Assembly (NCBI GenBank): GCA_047601445.1
Contig: JASGJH010000001.1
Coordinates: forward strand, 5,216,001-5,280,000
Source: Myxococcales bacterium
GTDB lineage: Bacteria; Myxococcota_A; Polyangia; Polyangiales; DASUME01
Length of the DNA stretch: 64,000 nt
Direction: 5' to 3'
Shown: positions 49,496 through 60,395 of the stretch, piece after piece
Layout: each line of letters opens with the position of its first letter
Numbering within the stretch: position 1 is the first letter of the stretch
The notes under the pieces: generated by a model
Seen by the model: only the letters and a program-made list of their open reading frames with translations
The model's database searches: none
What the model was told of the DNA's origin: nothing
Translations under genes and position numbers: made by a program

Positions 49496-51064
49496 CTAGG
49501 CTCGCGCCGACGCCGTGGCCGCCTGGGCCTGGGCCTTACTGCCGACCACCGCGGTCTGCGGAACCGAGGCAGCCGCCTTGCCCGCAACGGCGATCGAACA
49601 CGCCGCCGTGAACACGCCGGTCCAGGTGCCGAGCCCCAGGTCGCCCCAGCAGTGCATGATGTAAATCAGGATGCAGGCGATGCTCGCCAGCGCGCCTGCC
49701 CGCAGCGACTGGTCGCGGCTGCGGCGATAGGCGTACATCGCGTAGTACATGCCGGCCGCCCACAGCATGGTGGTGCCCGCAAAGCCGACGAACCCCCCGA
49801 AGGCCCACAGGCCCAGGATGCTGTTGTGCGGACAGTAGCGCTCGAGCTCGTAGGCCACCTCGGGCAGCTGAACCACCTCCTCGAAGCCATGTCCGTAGCC
49901 GGTGCCGAAGATCGGGTTGTGCTTGAAGGTGGTCACCAGGTTGAGGTTCTCCAGCTCACGCCAGAAGCTCGAGCCTGACCTATCGGACTTGGTGTCGACC
50001 ACCGAACGCAGCATGCGTACGGGCTTGAAGACTGTGCCGAACTCCGAGTTCCAGCCGGCCGCGATGTAGCCCAGCACCACCGGGATCGACGCGTAGACCA
50101 CGCGCCGGATGCGCCTCTTGACGGGGTTGTCCTCGGTGATGAAGTACAGCGTGAGCATGGCGAAGGCCACGTGCACCCAGACCAGACGACGGTTGTTGGA
50201 CATCATGCCCAGCATCGCGATCGGGAGCACCAAGATGAGACGCGACCTGAAGCGCGCCAGGCGCTCGAGGAACACACACACCACGGCCGCGAAAGCGTCG
50301 GCGAACAGCATGGAGTCCGCGTGCGAGGTCGCGTAGGGAAGCTTGGTGCTGCCCGTCTCGGGGTCGGGCGCCTGTGGGAAGGCGTGAATCACGTAGGTGG
50401 CGAACAACGCGCGGTAGATCACGGCGAAACAGAGCACGCGTAGCACCGCCGGAAAATCCTGCGGACCGCGGATAGCCTCCGAGAACAACAGGAAGATCAC
50501 GGGCAGATACATCACGCTGTTGACCTGCCACAGCGACATGCCGAAGTTGCCACCCGTGACGAGGCCGATGAGCCAGATGAGACCGGTGACCATGAGCGAG
50601 ATGCGGGCCAGCTTGCGCATGGGCTCAGGCGTCCGCACGGCGCCGGCGTAGTCCAGCTTGGAGCGGGATTTGCGGCGCGTATAGACGATGTAGCCGCCCA
50701 TCAGGAAGAACAGATCGAGGCCGGAAAAGATCGCGGGCTTGAGCCAGGCCGCGTCGCGGGCGATGGTGTTCCAGTGGGCCGTGTACAGCCAACCCACCAG
50801 CTCGAACGGCGCGCTGGCGTCCGGATCCACCTTCCAGACGAAGCCTTCGTTGGGGTTCGGCAAAGTGAGGGCGAAGAACATCAGCCCGAGCATCGAATGC
50901 CGCAGGGGAATCCGTGTCATGGCGTACATGATGATCGGCACGGCGATCGTCATGAGGCCCACGGTGGCCAACGGATCGTTGATGACCGACGACAGGATGG
51001 CCAGGACCAGCGCGCCCACCAGGGCGCCCTTGGCATCACCAGGGATCCGATACACAGCGGACAT
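49496..51064 (-). CDS. Wzy-type polysaccharide polymerase / O-antigen ligase family
   Basis: More than 10 TM; SNNRR; R..E...NPIFGTGYGH; PHNSILGLW. Confidence 0.8.
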   Translation of the reverse strand: MSAVYRIPGDAKGALVGALVLAILSSVINDPLATVGLMTIAVPIIMYAMTRIPLRHSMLGLMFFALTLPNPNEGFVWKVDPDASAPFELVGWLYTAHWNTIARDAAWLKPAIFSGLDLFFLMGGYIVYTRRKSRSKLDYAGAVRTPEPMRKLARISLMVTGLIWLIGLVTGGNFGMSLWQVNSVMYLPVIFLLFSEAIRGPQDFPAVLRVLCFAVIYRALFATYVIHAFPQAPDPETGSTKLPYATSHADSMLFADAFAAVVCVFLERLARFRSRLILVLPIAMLGMMSNNRRLVWVHVAFAMLTLYFITEDNPVKRRIRRVVYASIPVVLGYIAAGWNSEFGTVFKPVRMLRSVVDTKSDRSGSSFWRELENLNLVTTFKHNPIFGTGYGHGFEEVVQLPEVAYELERYCPHNSILGLWAFGGFVGFAGTTMLWAAGMYYAMYAYRRSRDQSLRAGALASIACILIYIMHCWGDLGLGTWTGVFTAACSIAVAGKAAASVPQTAVVGSKAQAQAATASARA

Positions 51065-51206
51065 GTACGGGGTACTCTAGCCGACCGCCACCGCCGCTGC
51101 CGAGACAGCGGTAGGCCGGCGATCTTTGGTGGTTGGGCGGCGTAACGTAACCGCGCTACTGTTGCGCCCGGCGCGCCTTAGGAAATCGTCAGAAAGCTTG
51201 ATTGGG

Positions 51207-52478
51207 ATGTACGGCCAGACATCGAATCCGGCGAGCTCCGAGGTTGAGCTCCCCGCCGACAGCCAAGGAACCGACTCCCACCTGCGCATGCCGAGCTCCG
51301 GCGCCAGGGGCACCCCGCGCGCGAAGACCGCTACACCCGGCCACAAGCACGTGCCGGCTCTCGACGGCATCCGCGGGCTAGCCATCGGCCTGGTGCTCCT
51401 GCTGCATTTCGTGGGAAATACCCAGGCCTATACGAGCTTCGAGCGCGTCCTCGTCAAGGGTGCCAACTACGGCACCTACGGCGTCGCGCTGTTCTTCGTG
51501 CTGTCGGGCTACTTGATCACCGGCATCTTGATCGACGCCAAGGGGCAGCCGGGATACTTCCGGAACTTCTACGCGCGCCGCTCGCTGCGCATCTTTCCGC
51601 TCTACTACGGCGTGCTCGTGGTGGGGCTATGGCTGTGGCCCGCCGCGTGGGCGCCCCCCGAGCTGGCCGTGAGCCGCGAACGCCAGGCCTGGCTCTGGGG
51701 CTATGTGGCGAATTTCCTGGTCGCCAAGGAGCAGCGCTGGGATGCCCTGCCCTACTTCAACCATTTCTGGTCGCTGGCGGTCGAAGAGCACTTCTACTTC
51801 CTGTGGCCCTTGCTGGTGGCACGCTCGAGCGCCCGCGGACTCCTGTGGTGGGCAGGCGGCCTCAGCCTGCTGGCGCTGGTCCTGCGCGTGGTCCTGGCCG
51901 CCGATGGCGCGCACGAACTCGTGACCTACACCATCACGCCGACGCGCATGGATGGACTGTGTCTGGGTGGCTTGCTCGCGGCCTGGGCGCGACGGCCGAA
52001 CGGGCTCGACCAGCTCAAGCGCTGGGCGCCCTGGGTGTTCGCTGGGTCGATTCTGTACTCGGTGCTGGGCTACGTGTTGGTGCACCGCTTCGCCCCCGAT
52101 CTCCATCGCGTGTACTTCGAGGTCCGTGAGACCTTCGTGCTCCTGCTGTTCGCCTGCTTGTTGGTGTGGGTGGTGACATCGCCCACCGAGAGCCCGCTGG
52201 CGCGCTTCTTCACGAGCAGCCCCATGATCACGCTGGGCAAGTACAGCTACGGCCTGTACGTCTTCCACGCCATGATCAGCTGGTACTTTGCGCGTCAGCG
52301 CACCGAGGACTGGGTGGCGGCGCAGGTCGGCTCGCACACGCTGGCAGTGTTCATTCAGGCCACAGTGGGTGTGGCAGCTTCGTTCGCCATCGCCCTGCTG
52401 AGCTTCCACTTCATCGAGAAGCGCTTCCTGTCATTGAAGAGCCGCTTCGAGGCGAAGCCTCACTCCGCCCGAGCCTAG
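51207..52478 (+). CDS. Acyltransferase-3 (OafA/YrhL-like) membrane O-acyltransferase
   Basis: LDGIRGLA, FFVLSGYLI, RRSLRIFP, HFWSLAVEEHFY, SYGLYVFH; start uncertain. Confidence 0.93.
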   Translation: MYGQTSNPASSEVELPADSQGTDSHLRMPSSGARGTPRAKTATPGHKHVPALDGIRGLAIGLVLLLHFVGNTQAYTSFERVLVKGANYGTYGVALFFVLSGYLITGILIDAKGQPGYFRNFYARRSLRIFPLYYGVLVVGLWLWPAAWAPPELAVSRERQAWLWGYVANFLVAKEQRWDALPYFNHFWSLAVEEHFYFLWPLLVARSSARGLLWWAGGLSLLALVLRVVLAADGAHELVTYTITPTRMDGLCLGGLLAAWARRPNGLDQLKRWAPWVFAGSILYSVLGYVLVHRFAPDLHRVYFEVRETFVLLLFACLLVWVVTSPTESPLARFFTSSPMITLGKYSYGLYVFHAMISWYFARQRTEDWVAAQVGSHTLAVFIQATVGVAASFAIALLSFHFIEKRFLSLKSRFEAKPHSARA

Positions 52479-52564
52479 AAGCCCCGCGCGGCCCCGTACG
52501 TGCCCGTGCCCGCTCTTCCCTCTGGCGAGTCGTTCCGCGCGCCAGCCCGGCCTCCAAATCGCCC

Positions 52565-54118
52565 TCAGGCCTCGGTCTGCTGGCGGCGGTCCTTCAGGAG
52601 CTTGATGGCCTTCACTACTTCGGCAGGCTGAATCACGCGCAGCGCCCAGGCCAGAACCAGGTAGGCGATCATCACGATCACCAAGCGCACCGGGCCCATG
52701 TCGTGGATGAAGTGGTTCAGCACCAGCACCATGGCAGAGATCAGCACGCTCTTGGTGAGCACCGCGATGTTGCGGCCATCCAAGGGAGAGTCCTTGAAGC
52801 GGGTGAGCATGACCGCCACCACGGCCGACTCGCTCACGATCACCGCCAGCGCCGCGCCAGCGCACTCGCCGCCGATCCCGAACCAGTGGCGCCCCAGCGG
52901 CACACATACCAGCATCAGCGCGGCGAGGCCGCACACGGAGAAGATGGACGTGAGCGTCACCGTCCAGCCGCGATCCATCAGGATCAGCGCGCAAGCCAGC
53001 ATGAAGTTCATGTACATCATCAGGAAGACGAGCGAGAGGATGGAGAGGCCGAGCGCGGCCGGCGCGTACTCCGCCCCGAACGCGAGGTCGACCAACACGT
53101 CTGCGCCCGCAGAGATGAACACGGTGCCCGGCGCTGTGACGATCAAGAGCCCCTCGATGCAGCGGCGGAGCAGCTTGATCATCTCATCGCTGGAGCGAGC
53201 CTGGGCCCGCGACAGCATCGGCATGACCACGGAGGTCAAGAGCGGCGTCAGCAGGGTGGCCAAGCCGGCGATGTTCTGGCTCGCGGCGAACCAGCCGACC
53301 TCACGCTCCTCGCGCCGGATGAACTCCAGCGCGCTGAGGGCCAGGTAGTTGCCGAAGATGATGGCCACCGTGTTGACGAAGAAGGGAACGCTCGAGGTCA
53401 GCGCGTCGCGCGCCGCCTTCATGTTGATGCGGTAGCGCAGGGAGGCAGCGGAACGCGCCGCGGGCACCAACACCACCGTCTTGAGCAGCTCCGAAGCCGC
53501 CATCGGCGCAGCCAGCACCCACATGGGCGCGTTGGTCAGCAAGCCCGCCAACAGACCCGCTCCCCAGATGACCTTGCAAAACACGCTCACCACGGCGAGC
53601 CGGCCCACCTGCGACACAGCCTGCAGCACCGCCGCCAAGGTGCCGTTCACGCTGGCCAGGAACTGCGCGGCGCCGAACACCATGGCCGTGGCCAAGATCT
53701 CGTCCGAGCGGCCGGTCCAGATGAGCGTCACCGCCATGGCGCCGAGCAGGGCGACCCAGAGCACCACGCGCAGCGCGAACACACCGCCGATGAACTCGGA
53801 GGCATAGGCCGGTCGCGCTGGCACCTCCTTGGTCACGTAAGTGTCGACGCCCAAGGTGATGAGCGAGAAGAACATGGTGGCGAAGCTCTCCGCGAAAGCG
53901 AAGTGCCCCTGCCGAATGGGTCCGAGGTAGGCCGGGATCTGCAGCTTGACGATCAGCGCCACTGCCCAGGTCAGGATCAGGGAACTGCCGAGCCGCAAGC
54001 CATTGCGGATGGCGACGGCGACCTCGTTGGAGCGCTGAACACCGGGCGGCGCGTCGGGAGCGGCTGCTGGACTTGAGGGCGGCCGTGACTCCTCTACTTC
54101 GCCTCCGGATTCCAACAT
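52565..54118 (-). CDS. Wzx polysaccharide flippase
   Basis: About 14 TM; YLGP..G, EVGWFAAS, MPMLSR, GAEYAPA, GAALA. Confidence 0.88.
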   Translation of the reverse strand: MLESGGEVEESRPPSSPAAAPDAPPGVQRSNEVAVAIRNGLRLGSSLILTWAVALIVKLQIPAYLGPIRQGHFAFAESFATMFFSLITLGVDTYVTKEVPARPAYASEFIGGVFALRVVLWVALLGAMAVTLIWTGRSDEILATAMVFGAAQFLASVNGTLAAVLQAVSQVGRLAVVSVFCKVIWGAGLLAGLLTNAPMWVLAAPMAASELLKTVVLVPAARSAASLRYRINMKAARDALTSSVPFFVNTVAIIFGNYLALSALEFIRREEREVGWFAASQNIAGLATLLTPLLTSVVMPMLSRAQARSSDEMIKLLRRCIEGLLIVTAPGTVFISAGADVLVDLAFGAEYAPAALGLSILSLVFLMMYMNFMLACALILMDRGWTVTLTSIFSVCGLAALMLVCVPLGRHWFGIGGECAGAALAVIVSESAVVAVMLTRFKDSPLDGRNIAVLTKSVLISAMVLVLNHFIHDMGPVRLVIVMIAYLVLAWALRVIQPAEVVKAIKLLKDRRQQTEA

Positions 54119-54458
54119 TCCGTTCTTTCCCTAAAAGCCCGAGACCGTAGACGTATCGACTACGGAGGCTGGTCATCTACTTAGCCGCCTGCCCGGTGCC
54201 ATGCAAAGCCAGGATCGGCGCGTGCGCCCGCCAGCGGCGCCGACCATGCTCGCATGTTGTGCCCCATCCACAAAGTCGCCTCAGGCCTGCCAAGTGACAC
54301 GGTTCTGTTTGCTTGCGCCGACGTCGTTTGCGCTGAAAAGCAGAGGTACGCTTCCACCACCCCTTCCGGCAGGTCTGGCGAGATGTGAGGAGCGCAGTTA
54401 AATGACAATAAATACGAGATGTTGTCAGCTCGGATGCCGGCTATGACGAAGGTGCTCG

Positions 54459-55532
54459 ATGCGTCGCCTTGATGGCAAGTTCTTCGTCCGACTCTTCCTA
54501 TCGCTGGCGGTGAGCGCCATCTTTGCGGCGTTTTCCCTGCGCCACACGGATCTTTCCGACGTGGCCGCCGCCATCGCAGCTGCCAAGCCGGGTCCGATCT
54601 TCGGCTATTTGGGCATCCTGCTGGTCGTACACGTCGTGAAGACGGTGCGCTGGGGGGTGCTGCTCAAGCCGCTGGGCGAGATCTCGTTTCGGCGCCTCAA
54701 CTCGGCGTCGGCCGTCGGCTTCATGTTGATGGTGCTGCTGCCGCTGCGACTGGGGGAGCTGGCGCGGCCTCTCTTGGTAGCGCGCCCCCAGGCGGGCGAA
54801 GGCCACCCGCTGCCGCGCGCCGCGACCTTGGCCACTTGCCTCGTGGAGCGCAGCGTCGACATCCTGGCGGTGGGCGTACTGGGCATCATCTCACTGCAAT
54901 ACCTGGCGCCCTCGGGCGAGGCCGCCGAGTTGGTGAGGCACGGCGCGACCTTGGTCACAGCAGGCTTCGCCGCCCTGTGCGTGGGCCTGGTGGTCGCGTT
55001 CTTCATGCGCGAGCAAACCGTAGCGCTCCTGCGACGGGTGCTACGCCCCATCTCGCCTAACTTGGCCGAGCGTGTGGCCCTGCTGACCGATCGCTTCATC
55101 GGAGGCATGCACCTGGGCTCCGCCGCGTCGGTGCTGTGGTTTCTGGCCCTCACGGCTGGTTACTGGAGCCTGCACGTGTGGGGCTTCTGGCTGGTCGCCA
55201 CGGCCTTCGCTCTGCCCATCACGCCGCTGATGGCTTGCACCGTGCTCACTTGCCAGGTGGTCGGCATCATGATTCCGGCCGGACCGGGTCAAGTAGGCAC
55301 CAGCCAGTTCTTCACGCAGCTCGGGTTGTCCATCTTCGTGCCGGCGTCACTAACTGTGGCCGAAGTTGCAGCCCGGGCGGCCGGCTACGCAAATACCATC
55401 TGGCTGCTGCAGTTCGGACAACAAGTTGTCACAGGAATCGTGTTCCTCGCGCTCGGCCAGGTCTCGCTGCGGGGAATCTTCGACCGCTGGGAAGGCGACC
55501 CGTTGGCGGCGGAGAAGGCTGTCGGTGAATAG
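54459..55532 (+). CDS. LPG_synthase_TM (YbhN/AglD2-like) putative flippase
   Basis: VRWGVLL, LPLRLGELAR, VERSVD, IPAGPGQVG. Confidence 0.88.
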   Translation: MRRLDGKFFVRLFLSLAVSAIFAAFSLRHTDLSDVAAAIAAAKPGPIFGYLGILLVVHVVKTVRWGVLLKPLGEISFRRLNSASAVGFMLMVLLPLRLGELARPLLVARPQAGEGHPLPRAATLATCLVERSVDILAVGVLGIISLQYLAPSGEAAELVRHGATLVTAGFAALCVGLVVAFFMREQTVALLRRVLRPISPNLAERVALLTDRFIGGMHLGSAASVLWFLALTAGYWSLHVWGFWLVATAFALPITPLMACTVLTCQVVGIMIPAGPGQVGTSQFFTQLGLSIFVPASLTVAEVAARAAGYANTIWLLQFGQQVVTGIVFLALGQVSLRGIFDRWEGDPLAAEKAVGE

Positions 55533-55633
55533 CGACTCGATAATCGAGCGCCCAAGAGTATGAAATGGAAAGCTTTCGCAACGATTCGGTCGCTGGACAG
55601 AGCTGGTTTCGCCCCGGACACTATAGGCGAAGC

Positions 55634-56299
55634 ATGAAAGATGTAGTGCGTCCCCCGGTCGTCGATTCCGCCAGCGATCCCGCGGAAGACAACGCGAGCG
55701 AGCAGCCGCAGCAACCGTCGCAGCAGAGTCGTCTCGCTCGGCTTGCACTCGAGGAAATCGGGCAGTTTCGGCCGCGTGTTCGGCTCGCTCAGACCGTCGG
55801 TCGGTTCCTTCCGCAGTTCTGCTTCAACCGCCTGCGCACCACCATTTGGCGCGCGGCCAAGGTGAAGATCGGCGAAGGCTCGCTGATCATGGGCGACATC
55901 GTCCTGACCGGTATGAGCGAAGACTGGTCGTCGCTGCTCTCGGTCGGTCGGCACACCTATATTACGGGCCCGTTGCGTATCGATCTGGGAGGCGAGGTCC
56001 GGATCGGCGATCGCGTGAACATCGGACACGACTGCCTGTTCGTCACGGTCGACCACGAGATCGACTCCGAGTGGCGTCGCGCTGGCTCGCCGACCCAAAA
56101 AGCAGTGGTCATCGAAGATGGAGCGTGGATCGCGTCACGGGTGACACTCCTGCCTGGTGTCACGATCGGGCGTGGTGCGGTCGTCGCCGCTGGCGCCATC
56201 GTGGCCTCCGATGTGGCTGCCAATACGCTGGTCGGCGGCGTGCCGGCGCGCTTGATTCGTGAACTTCCGCGGACCTCGCGCGTGCCGACGCGCACATGA
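55634..56299 (+). CDS. Hexapeptide-repeat acyltransferase
   Basis: KIGEGS, IGDRVNIG, IEDGAWI, LPGVTIG, GGVPAR. Confidence 0.9.
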   Translation: MKDVVRPPVVDSASDPAEDNASEQPQQPSQQSRLARLALEEIGQFRPRVRLAQTVGRFLPQFCFNRLRTTIWRAAKVKIGEGSLIMGDIVLTGMSEDWSSLLSVGRHTYITGPLRIDLGGEVRIGDRVNIGHDCLFVTVDHEIDSEWRRAGSPTQKAVVIEDGAWIASRVTLLPGVTIGRGAVVAAGAIVASDVAANTLVGGVPARLIRELPRTSRVPTRT

Positions 56300-56486
56300 A
56301 GTTTCGCACCACACGAGGGGCGGCCGTTCACCCCATGTGGCGAGTTCATCAACAGGAAACCTTTGTTCGCGAGTCCGCAGACTTGCGATTGCACGGCTGA
56401 ACATCGCCGTTCGTCTGCAGAAGCCCGGGACGTTTTTGCGGGGGGCCTGCTCGCAATCACTTGGATGCTGAAGTAAGAACCGGGCG

Positions 56487-57761
56487 ATGACCTCGTACCG
56501 TCCGGCTCAAGGCACGGCCGTCTGCATCGTCGTTCCCTGCTACAACGAAGAGGCGCGTTTCAACTCCGCAGCATTCGACGAGCATTTGAGGTCAACCTCT
56601 TTCACCCGCTTCGTGCTCGTCAACGACGGTAGCTCGGACGGCACACTGGCGCGGCTAAACGAGGTCTCTGCGCGTTACCCTGAACGCGTCCGCGTCCTCG
56701 ATCTCGAGATCAACGGCGGTAAGGCCGAGGCCGTTCGGCAGGGCATGCTGCTCGCCTTCCAGGAACCCGGAGTGAAGTACGCGGGGTTCTGGGACGCTGA
56801 CCTGGCCACGCCGCTCGACGCCATCGAGGTGTTCGCGGACGTCCTGACCCGTCGGGCGGACCTGGATATCGTCCTCGGGGCTCGGACCAAGCTGCTCGGG
56901 CGTCGCATCGAGCGCAAAGCGAGCCGTCACTACCTGGGTCGCGTTTTCGCCACCGGCGCCAGTATCACGCTGAACCTACCGGTCTACGACACGCAGTGCG
57001 GCGCGAAGCTGTTTCGCAATGCACCGAGCTGTGTCCGCCTCTTCGAGAAACGCTTCGGATCCCGCTGGATCTTCGACGTAGAAATCCTCGCCCGCTACTT
57101 GAAGAATGGCAGTCCCGAGACTGGGCTGTACGAATTGCCGGTCGACCAATGGGAGGACGTCGGCGGCTCCCGCGTGAAGCCGGTTGACTTCATTCGCGCC
57201 ATCGCTGAGATGGCCGAGATCTATCGGACCTATCGCCTGCCAGGGAAAGGTCGCGACATCTTGTCGACGCTGACCGCTCCCTTCGCGCGCTACGCGGGGG
57301 CAGGCGCCATCGGTACCGTCGTACACTATGCCGTGCTCACGTTGGCTGTCGAAACCGGAGGCCTGTCTCCCGGGGCGGGAGCCGCGCTCGGCGCGACCTT
57401 CGGGGCCGCAGCCAACTATCTGCTGAACTACCACCTCACGTTTGCAGCCAGCCAGTCGCACCGCACCACGCTGCCCCGCTTCGCGCTGGTGGCAGCACTC
57501 GGCATTGTGGTGAATGGATTGGTGGTGAAGGCTGCCACGGCAAACCTGGGACTGCACTATCTCGTGGGTCAGCTGCTGGCTACAGGTGTCGTGCTGTGCC
57601 TGGGATTCGTGCTCAACAAGCATTGGACCTTCGCGAAGAAGGACTTGCCCGGGCAGCAGCGCGCTAACGCTCAGGCGGCTGATGGAAGAGCCCTTGCGGC
57701 TCAGCAGTCTCCCGAGCCCGATTCTGACGCCGAAGCGAAGCCAAACGAGTTCACAGTGTGA
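56487..57761 (+). CDS. GT2 polyprenol-phosphate glycosyltransferase fused to a C-terminal GtrA domain
   Basis: VVPCYNEE, NDGSSD, GKAEAVR, DADLATP, DTQCGAK, WIFDVE; then ARYAGAGAIGT...NYLLNYHLTF...LNKHWTF. Confidence 0.88.
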   Translation: MTSYRPAQGTAVCIVVPCYNEEARFNSAAFDEHLRSTSFTRFVLVNDGSSDGTLARLNEVSARYPERVRVLDLEINGGKAEAVRQGMLLAFQEPGVKYAGFWDADLATPLDAIEVFADVLTRRADLDIVLGARTKLLGRRIERKASRHYLGRVFATGASITLNLPVYDTQCGAKLFRNAPSCVRLFEKRFGSRWIFDVEILARYLKNGSPETGLYELPVDQWEDVGGSRVKPVDFIRAIAEMAEIYRTYRLPGKGRDILSTLTAPFARYAGAGAIGTVVHYAVLTLAVETGGLSPGAGAALGATFGAAANYLLNYHLTFAASQSHRTTLPRFALVAALGIVVNGLVVKAATANLGLHYLVGQLLATGVVLCLGFVLNKHWTFAKKDLPGQQRANAQAADGRALAAQQSPEPDSDAEAKPNEFTV

Positions 57762-57806
57762 GGGTTCGGACTAGCTCGACGGTGGACCTCTCCAGGAGGG
57801 AGCAGG

Positions 57807-59105
57807 ATGGATAAGGCGTGGCGGCTGCTGCAAGGAAACAAGGGGCGAGTGCTGGCCGCCGTCGTCTTCGTCCTGGCCATCGCGATGAACTTCTGGGCAT
57901 CGAAGCGCCAGGGTTCGGACTTTGCGCCGCTCCACCTGGCTGCTCGAGGCCTGGCAGAACGTGCACCGATCTACGAGCCCGCATGGCTCAAGACCGTGTT
58001 CTTCGACCGCTACGGCATGCTGGCGCCGAGTGGCGTTTTCTACCCGCCCTCCACCAGCGTGCTGATGCTTCCCTTCGGGCTCTCGCCCTACGGGCTCGCC
58101 GAGTTTGCCTGGTTCGTCACGCTCGTAGGTGCGGTGATCCTGGGCGTACGGGCGATGCTTCAACTGGCGCTTCCAACCGCCGGTCGTGGAGCCTGGGTGG
58201 CCGCCGCCGCGGTGATCTTGCTAAGCGCTTGCATCCGCTGGGGCATTACACCACTCCAGGGCGCACCCCTGGTCTTGGGCTTGCTGTGCCTCTTCCTGCA
58301 GGCAGTCGAGCGTCAGCGCTGGCTGCTCGCCTGGTCCATCGCAACGGCGGTGCTGGCCTTCAAGTTCACGCTCGCCTTGCCGTTCCTGGGCGTACTCGCG
58401 TTGCACCGGCGCTTCGCGTCCGTAGCGCTCGCGGTCGGTGTTTGGGTAACGCTCAACGTACTCGGATTCGCCTGGCTGGGTGGCACCACGGCATTCGATC
58501 TCTACCGATACAACATCGGCGTCGTCGAAGCTCTTCGCGATATCAACACGCCCGATCCCTGGGAACCAGTTTCTGTTCCGCGCCTGGATTGGGTCTATCT
58601 CTTGTACGGCGTGGGCCGCAATCTGGCGCTCGCAAAGGTCCTCACCGCGCTCCTGTCGCTCATGGCACTGATCTGGGTAGGGGTGGAGCGCCTTCGGCTG
58701 CGACGGGCGCCCAATCTGCACGAGACGGTCGCCTTCCTCGTCCCGCTCGTCTGCCTGTCACTGCTAAGCGTCTATCATCACCACTACGACGCCGCCCTGT
58801 TCGTGGCGCCCTTGGCCATGCTGGTGCTGCTGTGGCGCGCGGACGCTGAAGATCGCGGGTCCTCCGTGTTGACCCGCAATGGCGCGGCGCTGTGGATGCT
58901 CGCCCCGCTGGCCGTCATGATGGCACTCCTCCCCATCGGCAAGTCGCAGTCGATCCTTGCGTCTCTGCTCGGACGCTACGGTCTCCCCGCGCTGAATTTC
59001 TCTTTCCCCATCGCGACGACGCTCGCGTTCATCGCGGGGCTGATCATCCTTCGTGAAACGGTTCGCGCAGGTCAGACTGCCATGCCGGCCGACCCAGCCG
59101 AGTGA
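57807..59105 (+). CDS. GT87/DUF2029 GT-C membrane glycosyltransferase
   Basis: SDF first-loop motif, FYPP, AFKF, HHYD; polytopic; AGGA RBS. Confidence 0.75.
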   Translation: MDKAWRLLQGNKGRVLAAVVFVLAIAMNFWASKRQGSDFAPLHLAARGLAERAPIYEPAWLKTVFFDRYGMLAPSGVFYPPSTSVLMLPFGLSPYGLAEFAWFVTLVGAVILGVRAMLQLALPTAGRGAWVAAAAVILLSACIRWGITPLQGAPLVLGLLCLFLQAVERQRWLLAWSIATAVLAFKFTLALPFLGVLALHRRFASVALAVGVWVTLNVLGFAWLGGTTAFDLYRYNIGVVEALRDINTPDPWEPVSVPRLDWVYLLYGVGRNLALAKVLTALLSLMALIWVGVERLRLRRAPNLHETVAFLVPLVCLSLLSVYHHHYDAALFVAPLAMLVLLWRADAEDRGSSVLTRNGAALWMLAPLAVMMALLPIGKSQSILASLLGRYGLPALNFSFPIATTLAFIAGLIILRETVRAGQTAMPADPAE

Positions 59106-59156
59106 CACGTCCTGGTCGACGAGCGCGCACTGGCGAGCTCCGCGTGGCCGCGAACA

Positions 59157-60395
59157 CTAGGGTGCACTGGCCGACGCTTCGAAGGCGGCTGGATTCCTGT
59201 TTTCGACAGCTGGCGTATCCCGCGCCGGAAACCAACGGTTCCTGAGGTTCATGATCGGCTGCTCCAGCAGACGATCGAACACGATCCCCGTCACCGCGCC
59301 CGCGACCATGTACAACACCGTGTGAAGAAACCAGGTGAGCTCGCGTGGAAGGTGAAGCCGCTGCCCCAGGGCGAGCGTGTTCAAGTACACCTCCCAGGTC
59401 CAGAACTCACGATGCCAGAGATAGATTGAGTAGGAGCTCGTCCCGAAGGCCGCAAGCCAGCCCGCCGCGCGCGCTTCCGCGACGCGATCGACGAGCGTTC
59501 CTTGACGCGGGCGATAGATCAACTTGAGCAAGATCAAGCCGTAGCCCAGATACAAGCCCGTAAAGCCCACCGTCTCCCGCACGAACCCGGGGAACAGCGC
59601 GGCCGGAACCATCGACAACAAGGCCACTGGCAGGCTCCACCCCGCGTTCGCAATGCTCTGCAGCACACTGGACCGGTAGGCCTTGAAATAGGCCAGCACC
59701 ACGCCGAAGAAGAGCGCATCCAGGCAGAGATACGTCGGATAGCGCAGCCGCGTTGGCTCGATGACGTAGGTATAGACCCGCAGTCCGAGGCACACGACGC
59801 CCAAGACGAGGCCTGTAAGCGGAACCAGCCTCGAGGTCCCGAGGCGATCGGCCTTGCGAGCCAACAACCCGAGGTAGAGTGGAAGCGCGAGGTAGAAGTG
59901 CTCCTCCACACCAAGGCTCCACAGCTGATCGCGGCCTCGTGGCCCACCGCCGAAGAAGTTCTGGATGTTCAGGAGGCTCGGCCAGAGCTGCTCCCAGGCC
60001 GCACTGGGCGTGAAGCCCTCGCGCACGATGAAGATGAAGAACGCAAACGCTAGGCACAGGTAGTACGCAGGCCAGATGCGCAGCATTCTCCGCAGGACGA
60101 AGCGTCGGACATCGAGTGAACCGAACTTGCGGATCTCGGAGAACAGCAGCCCGCCGATGAGGTAGCCGCTGAGGACGAAGAAGAGGTCCACCCCCGTCCA
60201 ACCGAACTGATGGATGAACGCATCGAGGGGTCGGAGCCATCCAGACTCTCCTCGTTCGCTCGGACTGTGTGTAGCGAGAACGAGCACGATGGCGACGCCT
60301 CGCAGCAGGTCGAGTTCCGTGACGCGCTTGGCGGCGCTCGCCGGCGCGCTCTCCGCCTCGCTCAAGCGTTCGACATTCTTGACCATTGTCGCCAT
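59157..60395 (-). CDS. Acyltransferase-3 membrane O-acyltransferase
   Basis: LDLLRGVA, GVDLFFVLSGYLI, RRMLRIWP, WSLGVEEHFY, SYSIYLWH. Confidence 0.92.
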   Translation of the reverse strand: MATMVKNVERLSEAESAPASAAKRVTELDLLRGVAIVLVLATHSPSERGESGWLRPLDAFIHQFGWTGVDLFFVLSGYLIGGLLFSEIRKFGSLDVRRFVLRRMLRIWPAYYLCLAFAFFIFIVREGFTPSAAWEQLWPSLLNIQNFFGGGPRGRDQLWSLGVEEHFYLALPLYLGLLARKADRLGTSRLVPLTGLVLGVVCLGLRVYTYVIEPTRLRYPTYLCLDALFFGVVLAYFKAYRSSVLQSIANAGWSLPVALLSMVPAALFPGFVRETVGFTGLYLGYGLILLKLIYRPRQGTLVDRVAEARAAGWLAAFGTSSYSIYLWHREFWTWEVYLNTLALGQRLHLPRELTWFLHTVLYMVAGAVTGIVFDRLLEQPIMNLRNRWFPARDTPAVENRNPAAFEASASAP

